A program made the position numbers and the translations under genes. Below are positions 42,725-57,308 of a stretch of DNA of 64,000 nt, one piece after another. Under the pieces are notes generated by a model that worked only from the letters and a program-made list of their open reading frames with translations, searched no databases and had not been told where the DNA came from. Each line of letters starts with the position of its first letter. Positions within the stretch are counted from its first letter, which is position 1. Source of the DNA: Octopus bimaculoides (taxonomy: Eukaryota); NCBI RefSeq assembly GCF_001194135.2, contig NC_068981.1, forward strand, positions 65,649,524 through 65,713,523, written 5' to 3'.

Positions 42725-45700
42725 NNNNNNNNNNNNNNNNNNNNNNNNNNNNNNNNNNNNNNNNNNNNNNNNNNNNNNNNNNNNNNNNNNNNNNNNNNNN
42801 NNNNNNNNNNNNNNNNNNNNNNNNNNNNNNNNNNNNNNNNNNNNNNNNNNNNNNNNNNNNNNNNNNNNNNNNNNNNNNNNNNNNNNNNNNNNNNNNNNNN
42901 NNNNNNNNNNNNNNNNNNNNNNNNNNNNNNNNNNNNNNNNNNNNNNNNNNNNNNNNNNNNNNNNNNNNNNNNNNNNNNNNNNNNNNNNNNNNNNNNNNNN
43001 NNNNNNNNNNNNNNNNNNNNNNNNNNNNNNNNNNNNNNNNNNNNNNNNNNNNNNNNNNNNNNNNNNNNNNNNNNNNNNNNNNNNNNNNNNNNNNNNNNNN
43101 NNNNNNNNNNNNNNNNNNNNNNNNNNNNNNNNNNNNNNNNNNNNNNNNNNNNNNNNNNNNNNNNNNNNNNNNNNNNNNNNNNNNNNNNNNNNNNNNNNNN
43201 NNNNNNNNNNNNNNNNNNNNNNNNNNNNNNNNNNNNNNNNNNNNNNNNNNNNNNNNNNNNNNNNNNNNNNNNNNNNNNNNNNNNNNNNNNNNNNNNNNNN
43301 NNNNNNNNNNNNNNNNNNNNNNNNNNNNNNNNNNNNNNNNNNNNNNNNNNNNNNNNNNNNNNNNNNNNNNNNNNNNNNNNNNNNNNNNNNNNNNNNNNNN
43401 NNNNNNNNNNNNNNNNNNNNNNNNNNNNNNNNNNNNNNNNNNNNNNNNNNNNNNNNNNNNNNNNNNNNNGTGGTATTTCTGGATCTAATTCAAATTTTGC
43501 AACACGTTTGCTCCAGTGTTCAAATTTCTTTGTCTCAGGGTCGATGTAATAATCAAAGACAGTACCCTGACTTGGAAATTTCACTGACTTGAATTCGTTA
43601 ATCCACCATTTGGTGAATTCATTTCTATAGTCCACCAGCTGAAAGTAAAAATTATTTATATTATTCTTTACTCTTTTATTTAAGTTCAAATAGTTTATTT
43701 TCTTTGTATCACACAGTTTATTTGTGTGAATGGAAAATTCAAAATATTCTATACAGTGAATGTTTTCACTCTTTTTTTTTTTTTTTCTGTCATAAAGAAA
43801 GAATTGGTCACTAGTCTAATAAACACGTAACATTCATGAACATCCTTTTAAGCAACAACTTTGCAGCATCACATACTAGACTTAAGAAAAGAGACTGGAG
43901 AGATAAAGACAAAATTGACTTTGGCAAGATTTGAAATCAGAACATAAAGGGCTGGAAGAAATATCACAAGACATTTTATAATGCTTTGACAATTTTGTTA
44001 ATCCAAACATTGACAACAGTAGGTTTAATGGTGATAATGGTGAAGACTATACTGGTGATGACAGTGGTGCTGATGGTGATAATGGTGACAAGGATGATGA
44101 TGACAATGATAATGATGATCACCTTGATCATGATGACAAACATGATGATGCTGATTTAGATGCTAGTGCCAATGGTGATAACAGTAATAATGGTAACGTT
44201 TTTTTTATTGTAAAATGTCCATAACTCTCTCACCTGGTCCTGAAACATAGCACCACCAAATGCCCAGATGCATGCAAAAACAAAATATAGTTCATAAAGT
44301 TCCTTAGGAGAGTCAGCTGGTGTGTTTTCTGGGCAGAGTAAACATTCTAAAAGGTAACACAGCATCTGTATATGGCTACACTCAGCAATAGGTGTAATTT
44401 TTTTGAATCGTTGTCGTAGAGTTTCTAAACAGGTTGGTACATATTTGTCAAAGAGAATGGTCAAATTAGCCTTTTCTGACTGAATTTCCCTCCTGTCAAT
44501 CCAGCTCTGAACATAGCTGAAATGTATAAAAATAAGAGAAATATAAACTATAATTAGTAACTGATCAAACAAGGGAACCTCTATGTAGTCAATTGTCCTG
44601 TTAGAAAATGCAGCCCCATTCACCTCAAATCACAATTTATCATCTTAAATAAAGAGAGATACATTGAACATACAACACACAACAACAATAACAAGTGTTC
44701 TGAGGTCATTTTCCCTGTGAAACCAGGGTTTAGTCTTGTGGGGGCCCAAGACAGTTTTTTTTCCATTTTGCTCTATTCTCTTCATCAAATCCTTTGCTTT
44801 CATTTCATTTTCCATCGTCTTTAGCAATTTACCTTTCTCCTACTTCCGTTCACATTCCTGTCTATCGTTCTTCTTATCTGGGTTTTCTTCATTCATCTTC
44901 AGCACATCATACATTCATACCATTTCTTTTTAAAATATCCATCACTGATTCTATATCCTTATTCTCTGCAATTCATCGTTTGGTTTCTTGTTTTGTCTTT
45001 CCTTTAGTGATGCCCCACTCATCCTCTCATTCTGTTCTTTCATTCTCAATTCTTTCCTGCCTTTCCTGCTTCTTTGCATTCATTACCCCTGTTTTACTCA
45101 CATAAATTATAGTACTTCTCACACCTGCTATTTACACTGTTCCCTTCAATTTCAGTGACATCAGCCCCTCCTCACAAATATGCCACCCAGTTCCTAACAC
45201 TTCCATGCACAACTTACTCAAGACCATTTTGATCAAGCACTGTGATCTGGTTACACAATAACTATTAGAAATATAAAGAAAACAAGGTAAAAGATGGTAA
45301 TGAAAAGAGAATTTTAAAAGATGCTATCATACATTAAATTCAACTTATGTTGAAAGTGAACAAACAAAGTTTGCTTTAGAAACATTGAGATGTACTGAAA
45401 GATACAGATTTTTCTGCAAAATATGGATAATTTATCCTGTTCATGCTATATTATTAACATTATATTGTATTTGAGAATAAAATTATTTCCTTATCTGAGA
45501 ATTTAAAAATTTTAATTAAAAGGTTAAAATTTTAATCAAAAGGTTGTGAAAAAAATTTAAAAAACTCAAGTAAATGGGACCCATTTTACCTAATACTTTA
45601 ACAGAAGGTTCCTTAATATAATGAACTGATAAATGTTTTCTTTTTTCATAAGCTAATAAGGAGCCTTTATGGGATCACTTGACTGGCTAGAAATAGCACT

Positions 45701-47064
45701 CAAATCTCTTTTGTATCACATCCTACTGTCATGAAAAAAGGAAGGACAGATTGGATAATGTTGCTCTAGATATACAATGCCTAAAAGTAGTATGAGATGG
45801 TTACACTTGGACTGCTTCTGATCATAGGCCTTTGCCCACATGAGGATTTGAGCTCAGTATCAAAAGTGAGATGTTCATCTCCCAATATGGTGTTTACTAT
45901 ATAATGACTTTACTGGTCAGAAGTGGTCAGTATCTGATGAAGATGAAATCCACCTATCAATTAGTCCCTATGATAGCACCCAATATTAAGAGATCAGAGA
46001 CTACCTTGAGCCTGATGATGCTGACAGCCAAAAGTTAGCAATACTGTTGTCACTGTCAAAAATTGACCATCACTGGTTTCACCAAATTTATTGAAGTCAA
46101 GAGCCCACTGGTAAGTAAAATAAGAAACTAGATCTCTCATAGATCTGGTTAGACAAAAGCCAAATTTACTAGTTGATTACAGCTAGAATGTCTATGATCA
46201 TAGGTTAGCTTGATCAGAGCTGATCTGAGGCTAAACAACACAAACAACTTACGGATTCCAGCCAAGATCCTGTGGGTTGATATATAAAATTCCAGCCCTT
46301 GATACAGTAGCAGGAGTAGCTGTCTTCAGATGGCTGATTTCAAAAAGCAAGCGCATAGATGGAGTAAGAGGGATACGTTCATTACTGGCTAAAGTAAGCA
46401 CTTTATTGTCATCCATAACAGTGTTCAGAGATTCTATCCACATTGGATCAATGTCTCCATCTAAGACAATCCATTTCAGACCATCTCCACTCATATTTGA
46501 AAGGTCTCTCATTATTACAGAAAACAGGCCTAAATGAAACAAAAAAAATGGAAAGAAAATTAATTAATTTTAAAAGAAAATTGTTTGAAAATATTTTAAG
46601 AATATTCAATAGATGACACTTGCTTCTAAATTGAATACATCCATGTGATGGATGTATTCAATATGCAAAAAATACACACACCGATACATGCACATACACA
46701 CCTGTCTTCTTTAGCAAATTTGTATATTTGCATATAATTTGCATGTGTGTGTGTGTATACAGGGTTGGCCAAAAGTCACCCAACAGTAAATCAAAATTCC
46801 ATAAGTACTATCTGTAATTCAGTATTGACTTGAATGGAAAAATGTGTCACTCAAGAAGGATTTCAGTTTGAACAATTTTCATGATGTTTCATACAGACAT
46901 CTACACCACATATACACAGCCATACCTTCTCATATACATATATGCATTTATATATATATATATATGCATATACACACACATATATTCATGCACACATACA
47001 CTTACATGTACATACATACACACTATATACATCTACATCAACCACCCACACAAATACATGCACT

Positions 47065-47104
<40 letters not shown>

Positions 47105-49318
47105 AACATACACATATGTGAGTAAACATACACACATATACATATATACATATCTCAATACACACACATACATGCTTTTGTATATTTTTTCATATATTTT
47201 CCCCTTTTTTGTGTATATACATATTTTTTTGCGTGTGTATACTTGTAAGAAAAAACCTTTTACAACCAGTAAAACATACATTTTTCAGTTTCAAAATGGC
47301 TATTTGAAGCTTGAAATTCATACCAGAGTCACCCACTGTAAACATTATTATTAAAATAAAAATTATCCTTCTAAAAGTCATCTCTACTCATTTTTTCAAT
47401 TATATTACACTGTATCAAGAACTTTCTTTTTATTATTCTTGTTACTCTGAAACTACCATATGCCCTTCCCTTGGGCAACCCCCTAGTGTCATCCAACAAC
47501 ACCAGAGACCTTGGAGTAACTGCTGATAACAATCTAAGCTGGAGTTCCCATGTAAACAGCAAGGTTGACTTGGCCTGCAAGATGTACTCCTGGATTCTGA
47601 AAACTTTCTGGTCTAGAGATGTTCATATCATTATCCTTCTCTACTCTACTTTTGCCCAATCCTACCTTGAATACTGTTGCCCACTGTGGTCTCCCCACAC
47701 AATGCAAAGCATTATGAAAGTGGAAGCACTCCAGAAGTCAATAACGAAGCCTGTTTTGAAGGGGAAGCACTTTTCCAGATGACGATGAACTTAATTCTAA
47801 GGTAAAGTCTTGGCTCCAGATGCAACCTACCGACTTTTACAGATGAAGTCTTCACAGCTGCATAAAATGATGGGAGAAGTGAGTCACCATTTGTGGTGGC
47901 TAGGTAGAGAAGGACTAATAATTACGCCAAGTTTTGTTTATCCCAGTCCGTGGGAAGTGGGTCAGGGGAAATCTTTAATGAACACCCTTTTTGTGTGTAT
48001 GTGTATGTGTGTGTGTGTAACAAACACACACATACATACAGAATGATGATTGCTCTTTAACAGCAATTAATATGCTAGAATTAATATTAGTTTCAAATTT
48101 TGGCACAAGGCCAGCAATTTGGGGGGAGGAGTGCAGGTCAAGTCAGCACACTAACTCATTCAAGTCGGAAGAAATATTACTAAGCATTTTGTCCAGCACA
48201 GTAATGATTCTGCCAGCCTTCTGCCTTATGACAGTATTAATATTGATTTCAAATTTTCACACAAGGCCTATAATTTTGGGTGAGGGGCTAAATTGATTAC
48301 ATCAATCCCACTGTTCAACTGGTATTTATTTTATTGACCCTGAAAGGATGAAAGGTAAAGTTGACCTCAACAGCTTTTGAACTCAGAACATAAAGACGCA
48401 CGAAGTGCTGCCAAGCACTTTGCCCATTGTTCTAATGATTCTTATTTCTTTATTGCCCACAAGAGGCTCAACATAGAGGGGACAAACAAGGACAGACAAA
48501 CGGATTAAGTCGATTATATCGACCCCAGTGCGTAACTGGCACTTAATTTATCAACCCCGAAAGGATGAAAGGTAAAGTCGACCTTGGCAGAATTTGAACT
48601 CAGAACATAACAGCAGACGAAATACTGCTAAGCATTTTGCCCAGCGTGCTAACGATTCTGCCAGCTTGTCGCCTTCATTGTTCTAATGATTCTGTCAGCT
48701 TGCCACCTTTATGCTAGAATTAGAATTAAAAGATAACTTACCATCTTTCCATTCTCTTGTTGATGGATTAATGATACCAAATAGTTCATCATTAGTTACA
48801 GCTTTTGGATCCAAGACAATTGCAAGGGGTTTCAGCTTTTGGTTACGATGGGTTTGGAGTAAAACATTCCAAACTTGGCTCTTACCAGTTCCAGCATTTC
48901 CGATGATGAAAACAGAGTGTCTCACATCAAATAATTCTTGCAACTGAACAACCTACAGAAACAAATTACAAATAGAGTCTAGTTGGAGTAAAGCCACAAA
49001 ATAATAACTAATAATAATATGCCTGTAAGTAAGTGAATGAATACATGATATATATCTTTCATCTTTTACTTGCTTCAATTATTAGACTGTGGCCATGCTG
49101 AGAATCTTTTTAGCTGAATGAATCAACCCCAGAAATTATTTATTTTAAACCTGGTACATATAAGCTATTAGCTTCTTTTGCCAAACAGCCAAGTTACAAG
49201 GATGTAAACACATCAGCATAGGTTGTCAAGTGGTGGTGGAGGACAAACACACACACATGCATGCACACACACACACACACACTTTTATATATATCATCAT
49301 CATCATCATCATCATCAT

Positions 49319-49350
<32 letters not shown>

Positions 49351-50102
49351 ATAGGCTTCTTTCGGTTTCTTATTTCTTTATTGCCCACAAGGGGCTAAAT
49401 ATAAAGGAGACAAACAAGGACAGACAAACGGATTAAGTCGATTATATCGACCCCAGTGCATAACTGGTACTTATTTAATCGACCCTGAAAGGATGAAAGG
49501 CAAAGTCGACCTCAGCGGAATTTGAACTCAGAACGTAAAGACAGACGAAATACCGCTAAGCATTTTGCACGGCGTGCTAACGTTTCTGCCAGCTCACGAC
49601 CTCTTTCAGTTTCTGTCTACCAAATTCCCTCACAAGGTTTTGGTTGGCTCAAGGCTATAGTAGAAGACACTTGCCAAAGTTGGCATGCAGTGACAAGCTT
49701 CTTAACTCACACCTACATCTGCACCTATTTGTATATAATTTCTTTCTCAATAAACCTAGAATATGCCGCCTTATAATTTCACTCACATAGGTACTGTCAT
49801 ATGCTCCCATAGACACATTGAACAATTCAACCTTGTTTTGTCTTTTATGTGTGTGCGTACGCGTGTGTGTGTATGACAATTACAAGAAAAAGTCTAGTTA
49901 AAAATCAACCCTAGAAAAATGGAAACAAAAGCTTTACTTTGCACAGCAAAGTAAAGAAAAGAATCCTAAAAAACTGTACCTAATCAAAACCTTTGTTTCA
50001 ATACCAGATCAGAGATGTTCAAGAAATACAGATACTTCAACTGGCACTTGTTACAGAACTGGGACTAGCAATCTATGTTCATATATATATATNNNNNNNN
50101 NN

Positions 50103-50164
<62 letters not shown>

Positions 50165-53100
50165 AAGACATATCATCATCATCAACAACATTGTTTTAGG
50201 TTTGTCTTCCATGCTGCCATAGGTTGAACAAGTCACCACAGTTGGAGTGAGCATGTATTTGAGAGGCAGTGTTCACTTAGTTTTAAATTATATCACAAGC
50301 TTAATGTGAAATACTATACATACATAAGCTGTTAAATTGCTTGCGCAGCACCTCGAGAAACTTAGTTGACAGTGTTAGTAAACAAGTATCCTTGATATCT
50401 TCCAATGCAAATATGTTGAAGGGAACTAAATATTATAATTAAGTGATCAGAAATTAGCTGGCATCTGTGCTAGTGGAGCACTAAGAGCACCATCTGAGCA
50501 TGATCGTTGCCAGGGCTGCTGACTGGCTCCCGTGTTGGTGGCACATAAAAAGCACCATTCGAGCGTGGTTGTTACCAGCATTGCCTTACTGGCAATTGTG
50601 CTGGTGACACGTGAAAAACAACATTCAAGCAAGGTCGTTGCCAGTGCCACTGGACTGGCTACTGTGCAGGTGGCATGTAAAAAACACCATTTGAGTGTGG
50701 CTGTTGCCAGTACCACCTGACTGGCCCTCGTGCCGGTGGCACGTAAAAGCACCCTCTACACTTTCGGAGTGGTTGGCATTAGGAAGGGCATCCAGTTGTA
50801 GAAACTCTGCCAGATCAGATTGGAACCTGGTGCAGCCTTCTGGCTTGCCAGTCCTCAGTCAAACCGTCCAACCCATGCCAGCAGGGAAAGCGGACGTTAA
50901 ACGATGATGATGATGATGATGGTGATGAAATTATGGATTCTCCAAAAATATAAAATATGTAAAGATAAAATATGAGAGAAAAAGTATGATAATATTTTAT
51001 GGTATTTCTTAAATAGTAGTAAAAACTAAAGTAGTGAGGGAATCTCTAAATTTAATAGTATGATATTAAATAACATTTATGTTAAGGCTGGTTATTTTAC
51101 CTTGTAAAAATTTTGGTTACTGTTATGAGCTGAATGAAATGAATAGATGAGCAGCTACTCAACATCAAACATGTAATTGTAGAAATCACAAAAATTATCT
51201 ACTAGATGGTAATTGTGTGGCAAAGTCTATTGTATATAGAACTAAAGTCAAAGCAAATATCAACAATGAACCAATAGTACCATAAAAACCCATATAATTT
51301 ATGCACTTTTTTTTACAAAAACAAAAATAAACTTTAGTGGGTGCATAAATTACATGAGTAGATCATTTCCAGGATTTTTTTAGAAATTTTTTGGTTAAAA
51401 AATGATGTACAAATGTAAACATTCGTATGGGAAGGCTATAGTAGAAAACACTTGCTCAAAATGCTGAAACCATATGATAGCAAAGTAAGCTTCCTAACTA
51501 CATAGCCATACCTGCATACTTTAATCTGGCTGAATTTGTTGTATCCTTGCAATTGTTTTCTATAGTAGACATAGCAGTGAATCATTTCCTTTCATATACT
51601 TATTCAAAAGTCAAGAGAATTAATTAAATCTTAATAAAGTAGATGACAATCAAATAACATAGAAGTTGCTTTCAAATATCTTTTCAAGACTGACATAGAA
51701 TTCTGTAGAAAGAAAATGGATTTCTTTTCTCCACATCATTTTGTCTTATAGAAGTATCCTAATGATTACAAAGTAATTATTTTGCCTTCAAATTGTATTT
51801 ATCATATTTAGTTAAATCTCATTTAATGGATATATTCATTAGCTTTTGATTCACAACTTAGTTTGATACATTGCTTCCAAAGCTCTGCTCTTCATCTTTA
51901 ATGCCTCCTATTCTATAATATTATACATCCAGAAGATTGCATCATACAATTCTAGAGAATGTGATACCACAGACAATTTGAAAATGGATAACAATCAAAC
52001 CAATGCCCTTTTAAAAATACCTTCACTCATACCACCCAGTTTGTTAACCACCTCTTCGTCAGTGTTAACAAGTTTTAGGAATTAGGACTTGAAGCATACA
52101 GCTTCAATATTTGAAAAAATAGGAGTCTATTAGAGGAAAAAATATATACATGAGGCTATTGGATGAGCTCTTTATTAGCAAGTGATATGCACAGAAGCTC
52201 TAGCTCACACTTCTTTATGTTAAGGTTATAGGAAATTAAGAAATTAGATGCTGTGCCTGATGAAGCTACATTATGGAGAAATGTTAACTAATTAGTTTTT
52301 GTTTCTCTAATTTATTTCATTATAATTTTATAAAACTTCTCACATTGTATTCTCTCCACTCTACCTTTCAAATAAGGCATCTATTTTGTGGAGAGGACAT
52401 AGTAAATTTAAGGTGAAATGAACTGCTGGACATCAGCAAAATCTAGCCTCACCCTTCTTCTATGACTTTATTTGTGTAATATTCCTTCTCTAAATCAGTG
52501 AACATTTTAAATTTAAGTAAACTCCAGCTGGCCTGAATTTCTGACCTAGTTTCAATCCTGAGTTGTATTTATTTCACTTCACTTAATTGTTAAAGTCCCT
52601 TTAAAAGAGACAATGTTACACAATCTTAATTTACTTCCTCTTTAAATGTTCAAAGCTTTGTGTTGAGTTAATAAATCAATATTCCATCTCTTAGACTAAA
52701 AGTGCAATATGAAATCAAACATGAATACTATGTATTTGTATGCATAACAGTGTGTACATGTGCATGTATATGAATTACTGAACACATAATAATCAAGTAA
52801 AATCATAAATTTACAAATTAAATATTTTTTCATAGTTCTAGATATTTTTTAAATTCTAATTTTATATATATTTTTTGCAACTTTTGTACTCATTTTTGTC
52901 ATAAATTGTAGCAACATAAAAGCTTCATTTACTTGTAAAAAAAAAACGAGTACTAAGAGTATGAAGATGACTTCTGAAACAACAACAGCATTTTTTTTTT
53001 TTTAATTTAATGCACGATTGGATTACAGGTCCATTGAAGAGATTAATAAAATCTAATCAGTTCAGCATGGCAATATGAATCGGGATACTTAATACTCCCA

Positions 53101-53236
53101 TCGATTACCATTTACTTGGACATGTGGGAAATATATACATTTCTTAATAGGCTTTCTTGTTCATCTTCATTGTAACTGTTGGAATTTCTATGACAAAAAT
53201 TGTATGAGAACCTGTTGCATGCACATACATGTATGT

Positions 53237-53274
<38 letters not shown>

Positions 53275-56200
53275 GGTTCACTTATAATAAAACAATTTTA
53301 CATTAATCTGATGGATTACTCTATACTTTCATAGATGATGATAATGATAATAATGATGAAGATGATGATTTATACACACATACAGAAATCAAAACATGAG
53401 AAGTTGTTCATAAGGTGTTTAATTACATCTTACATATGTTTCATTAGTATAAGATGATTATTAGTTACAAAAGGCAAAATTTTACAAATGATGTAATCCA
53501 TACTCCTGATGGTTACTACAACTGCCACATGTTTTTGCCAGCAAAATTACATTTAATAATCATACATCTCCAATGATTTGGCAACTAATCTCCAAAATTA
53601 GAGAAGAATCAAACCTAAGTTTTATAAGTCTTACCTTAAGTATAAAACTATCTTCAGGTTGTAACTGTTTATCCAAAACAGCTTGTCTGATATTTTTCTC
53701 AAACACCATATCTCTTTTACGAGGCACATCAAGGGATGGGAATAAGTCACTTATGAGCCCCATAAACACTGGAAGGTCATCAGTTACGATTTTGGGAATA
53801 TTAAAATCTCGCAGAGCTCTCATTAGTACCTGAAAATACAAATGCAGAAATAATTCATTGTAGATACAGTATTAAACTGAACATCATGATCACCACTGCC
53901 CCTGCCATTGTAGTCATCATCATCATCAATTCTTTTGACAAGTAGATATGATATTAGACATAGCATCATCAACGCCACCACCACCACCACCACCACCACC
54001 ACCACCATTATCACCACCATCACCACCATTATCACCATCATCATCTGCATTATCAACAATCTTTTAGGTATGATGAAATCTTACAGTGTTCCCTCTGGTT
54101 CAGCTTCTCTTCTTAGGTGCCTATTGACCTTGAGCAATCCTCTTCCATGTCTACAAATTATATTTTTTGCCAGATGTTCAGCATTGCCATTGGTTATCTC
54201 TAGTTTCTCCAAATTTTTTTCAGTCTAGTTTTCTTTTTATTTTCCTTTTGCATTCTTCTTCATTTTTATTTTATTTTTATAGTAAGAAATGTATAAGTAG
54301 TTTGTATGGCAAGTTTGAAGGATCCATTTCAATCATATGGTAAGACCAGCACAACCAGTTACAGAATTAATTCCAAAATGGTTGTTGTCATTACTTTAAC
54401 AATCATTTTTTCAAATTTGGCATGGTTTGATTGAAGGAAAAAAATCGAATTCTGAAAAATATCTTGAAATCCAAAGTCATTACAAAATTTAAGCTGGCCG
54501 CAAGATAAGTTGGTAGCCTATTCATGACTCCAACTTCATGGTCAAATGTTCCAACACTCTTCCCATAAGGCATGTAATTCTGATTGGTCCAATTTGCTTA
54601 ACTGACAGAAGCACAGAATAGTAGTGGTCTCAACAAACATAACCACAACAGTCATCATGTACACAACCTTCACCTCAATAACCATTACCACTACCATAGA
54701 CAAGACCATAATGATGTCAACATTGACCATAAAGATAATGTCACTGAAAGGAAAGATGATGATGACCACAGTAAAACTCTGCTAGCACCCATTTGTCTGG
54801 CTTAATAAAAAAATGGTTCTACCCTTACTTCATGGTTGAGTGATGAGTGGTAGGAAGGTAGGAAAAGCAGCCAAATGTAGAAATGCTTCTCTTAAGTTTA
54901 CCTGTCACTTGCAAGTGGGCATGAACTGGTAGCTTGTACCATACTTTCACAAATTATTCTGGGTGTTTATATAGACGTCTTCTCAGCCCTCCCCCATTTT
55001 ACCCATCAGAACATCGAATATGTGACACTTAGAGGAAGAGAGAGATGTCACTGAAGTCAGCTGCTACTTGTTTACAGCATGATCTGAAGCATCTTGATCA
55101 AGGACACAATGCACCACTCCATTCAGAAATTGAACCCATGACTTTCTGATCATGCATCCAACACTAACCATTAGGCCATGAGCCACCACAAAAACAAAAT
55201 AAACAAAAGATCATTGATGTACAACAAAATTACATTCCACACAGGTAAGCATGTAAAAATGGATATAATGCAGTAAATAAAAAAATAAAATTTTAAACAC
55301 TGATTAAGGAATAACTAAATTAAAACTACTTGCTTATCTTATCAATTTTATTTCAATACTCCAAGTAAAGCCCCAGTATGACCAAATTCCACTTGCTGGA
55401 ACCAATAAAAGATAAATGGTAAAATGGTCTGAGGGATAAGTTTATTGAGCTATTAATTCATAGGTTATAAGTTCACACCTGTTCCAGAATGTGTTATTGG
55501 GCAGGACAGAATCCTACACACCTTAGTTCTTGATTCACACAGATGTTAAGAAAAGATACCAGATCTTCTATCTTTTCTGCTCTGCATAACAGAAGTCCAA
55601 ACTAAGCACTGACTTTATGGACTCTTGTGTTTGTAAAATTTAAGATGAAGTATTTGATTTAGCAATCAACAAATATGTGAAAATGCAACTTACTTGATCT
55701 TCTGCTCGATTGGGATCACTTCTTTTAAGAGATCCAGCAACAACCAAGACTGATTTGATTGCACGCAATCCCCAATCATAATGATCCTGAAGTCAAAAGT
55801 TAAAAATTTGAGGTTAGATTAAAGAATTAATAACATGGTGTTGAACTAGTACAATTGTTAGATTGCTAGACAAAATTGATTACAGTATTTAGTTACAACC
55901 AGTTCCATCTTAAGGCATCAGCACACTGGGTAATTTTCTAGGGACCTAATCTAACTAAGTATGCTGATACTTGTTATCAACAAATAAATACTATAAGCTC
56001 CAATTGTTATGTGCAGAGGCTTATGATACTGCTAAGATGAACCTGATTACAGCCCTTCATGTTTTGCAATCAAATACTGCTGAGGTCAACTTTGATTTTC
56101 ATCCCTCAAGGTTTGATAAAAATAAAGTACTAATAAAATACTGAGATTGATTTAATAGTCCTATAAATCATCTGAGATACGAATGGGATTGTATTAGCAG

Positions 56201-57273
56201 AAGAAGATACACAAAACATTAAGGTTGGGAAAATTAATGTCAGAAGAAAATTATAATGGTCCTGAAGAGAAAAGTTGGAAAGAAGCAGCTTGATGTTATC
56301 GTCAAACTGTATGAGCCTACAGCATAGGCCAACTTAATGGTCACAGTACAAAAATGTGACAAGATAATTATTTGCATTGATCCACAAAATTACTATGCAT
56401 GAACATCGCCCAGCTGTTGAGGAAGTTGCTACATAAATAGGCAATGCTACTAAGTTCACTAAACAGTTACTGACATATAGCTGAACAAAGAAAACTGAAA
56501 ACTGTGTACAATAAATACTTTATTTAAAAGATATTCCTCCCTGCATTTACCATTTAGTTTATGCAGCTCAGGAGATGTGATACAATGATCTGTGGAAAAT
56601 ATTCTTGAAGGAATTGAAAGTTGAAAGTCACCATTGATGGCAAACACAGGTATGGAATAAGTTCAAACAAAGAACATGCTAGGAAACTGAAACAAGTCTT
56701 CAACCGCATTGTGCAGCAGAACTTAGAATAAACCCAGATAAAGCAGAAATCAGCAAAGATAAAGTTAGTTGTATCACTCACATACTCACTTGCCATGGTG
56801 CTAAACTAAATCCAGAGAATGTGTGAGCAGTAGTTGAGGTGCTACAACCCATGAATAAGAAACACAAGAATCAATCACACCTTACACAAGATAAAGTAGT
56901 TTGGATGCAATATACTTAACAATACAATGGAATGGTTAGGGCTGGAATGATTTGGATAATAAGTTTGCTTAATCAGGAACAGCCTTAACAATGACACCAC
57001 TGATGCCACCATCACAAAGAACAGTAATAACAGCAACAACAGAAATACTTATAATACTCTGAAAATACATACCTGTTTTGACAAAAGCTCTTTACATAGT
57101 TGATATAATGTGATAAACTTTCTAGCAAGAAGCCGAGCATCAAGGAAACCCTCAGCTACCAACATGATTTCACAAATCAACTCAAAATCAGGCACAACCA
57201 TAGCACAAGGTCTGAAATGATGGAGAGAAAGATAACTGAATAATATAAGTAATGTAATGTGTGTGAATGCGTG

Positions 57274-57308
<35 letters not shown>

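Noticed and set aside
42530-43549. Long ORFs spanning N runs (also 13869-14207, 30222-30776)
   Set aside because: They are open only because Ns contain no stops.
45934-45948. CTGATGA-AGAT-GAAA hammerhead-like core
   Set aside because: There is no room for stem II and no stem I or III pairing.
46758-46785. TA-cagggttggccaaaagtcacc, Tc1/mariner-like terminus
   Set aside because: No matching opposite end or transposase remnant found; too weak to call.
46844-47354. ORFs rich in YI/HT/VC repeats (also 9882-10289, 24421-24657, 27705-28023, 33112-33821)
   Set aside because: They are translations of (TA)n, (CA)n and related microsatellites, with no coding signal.
34680-47500. Idea that the CR1 fragments at 33785-34730 and 47450-47750 are two halves of one split element
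   Set aside because: They overlap by about 17 codons and differ there ([16 protein letters not shown] versus [16 protein letters not shown]), so they are separate copies.
50466-50760. Regularly spaced repeats resembling a CRISPR array
   Set aside because: Eukaryotic context, no cas genes, and the units are homologous along their whole length rather than repeat plus unique spacer.
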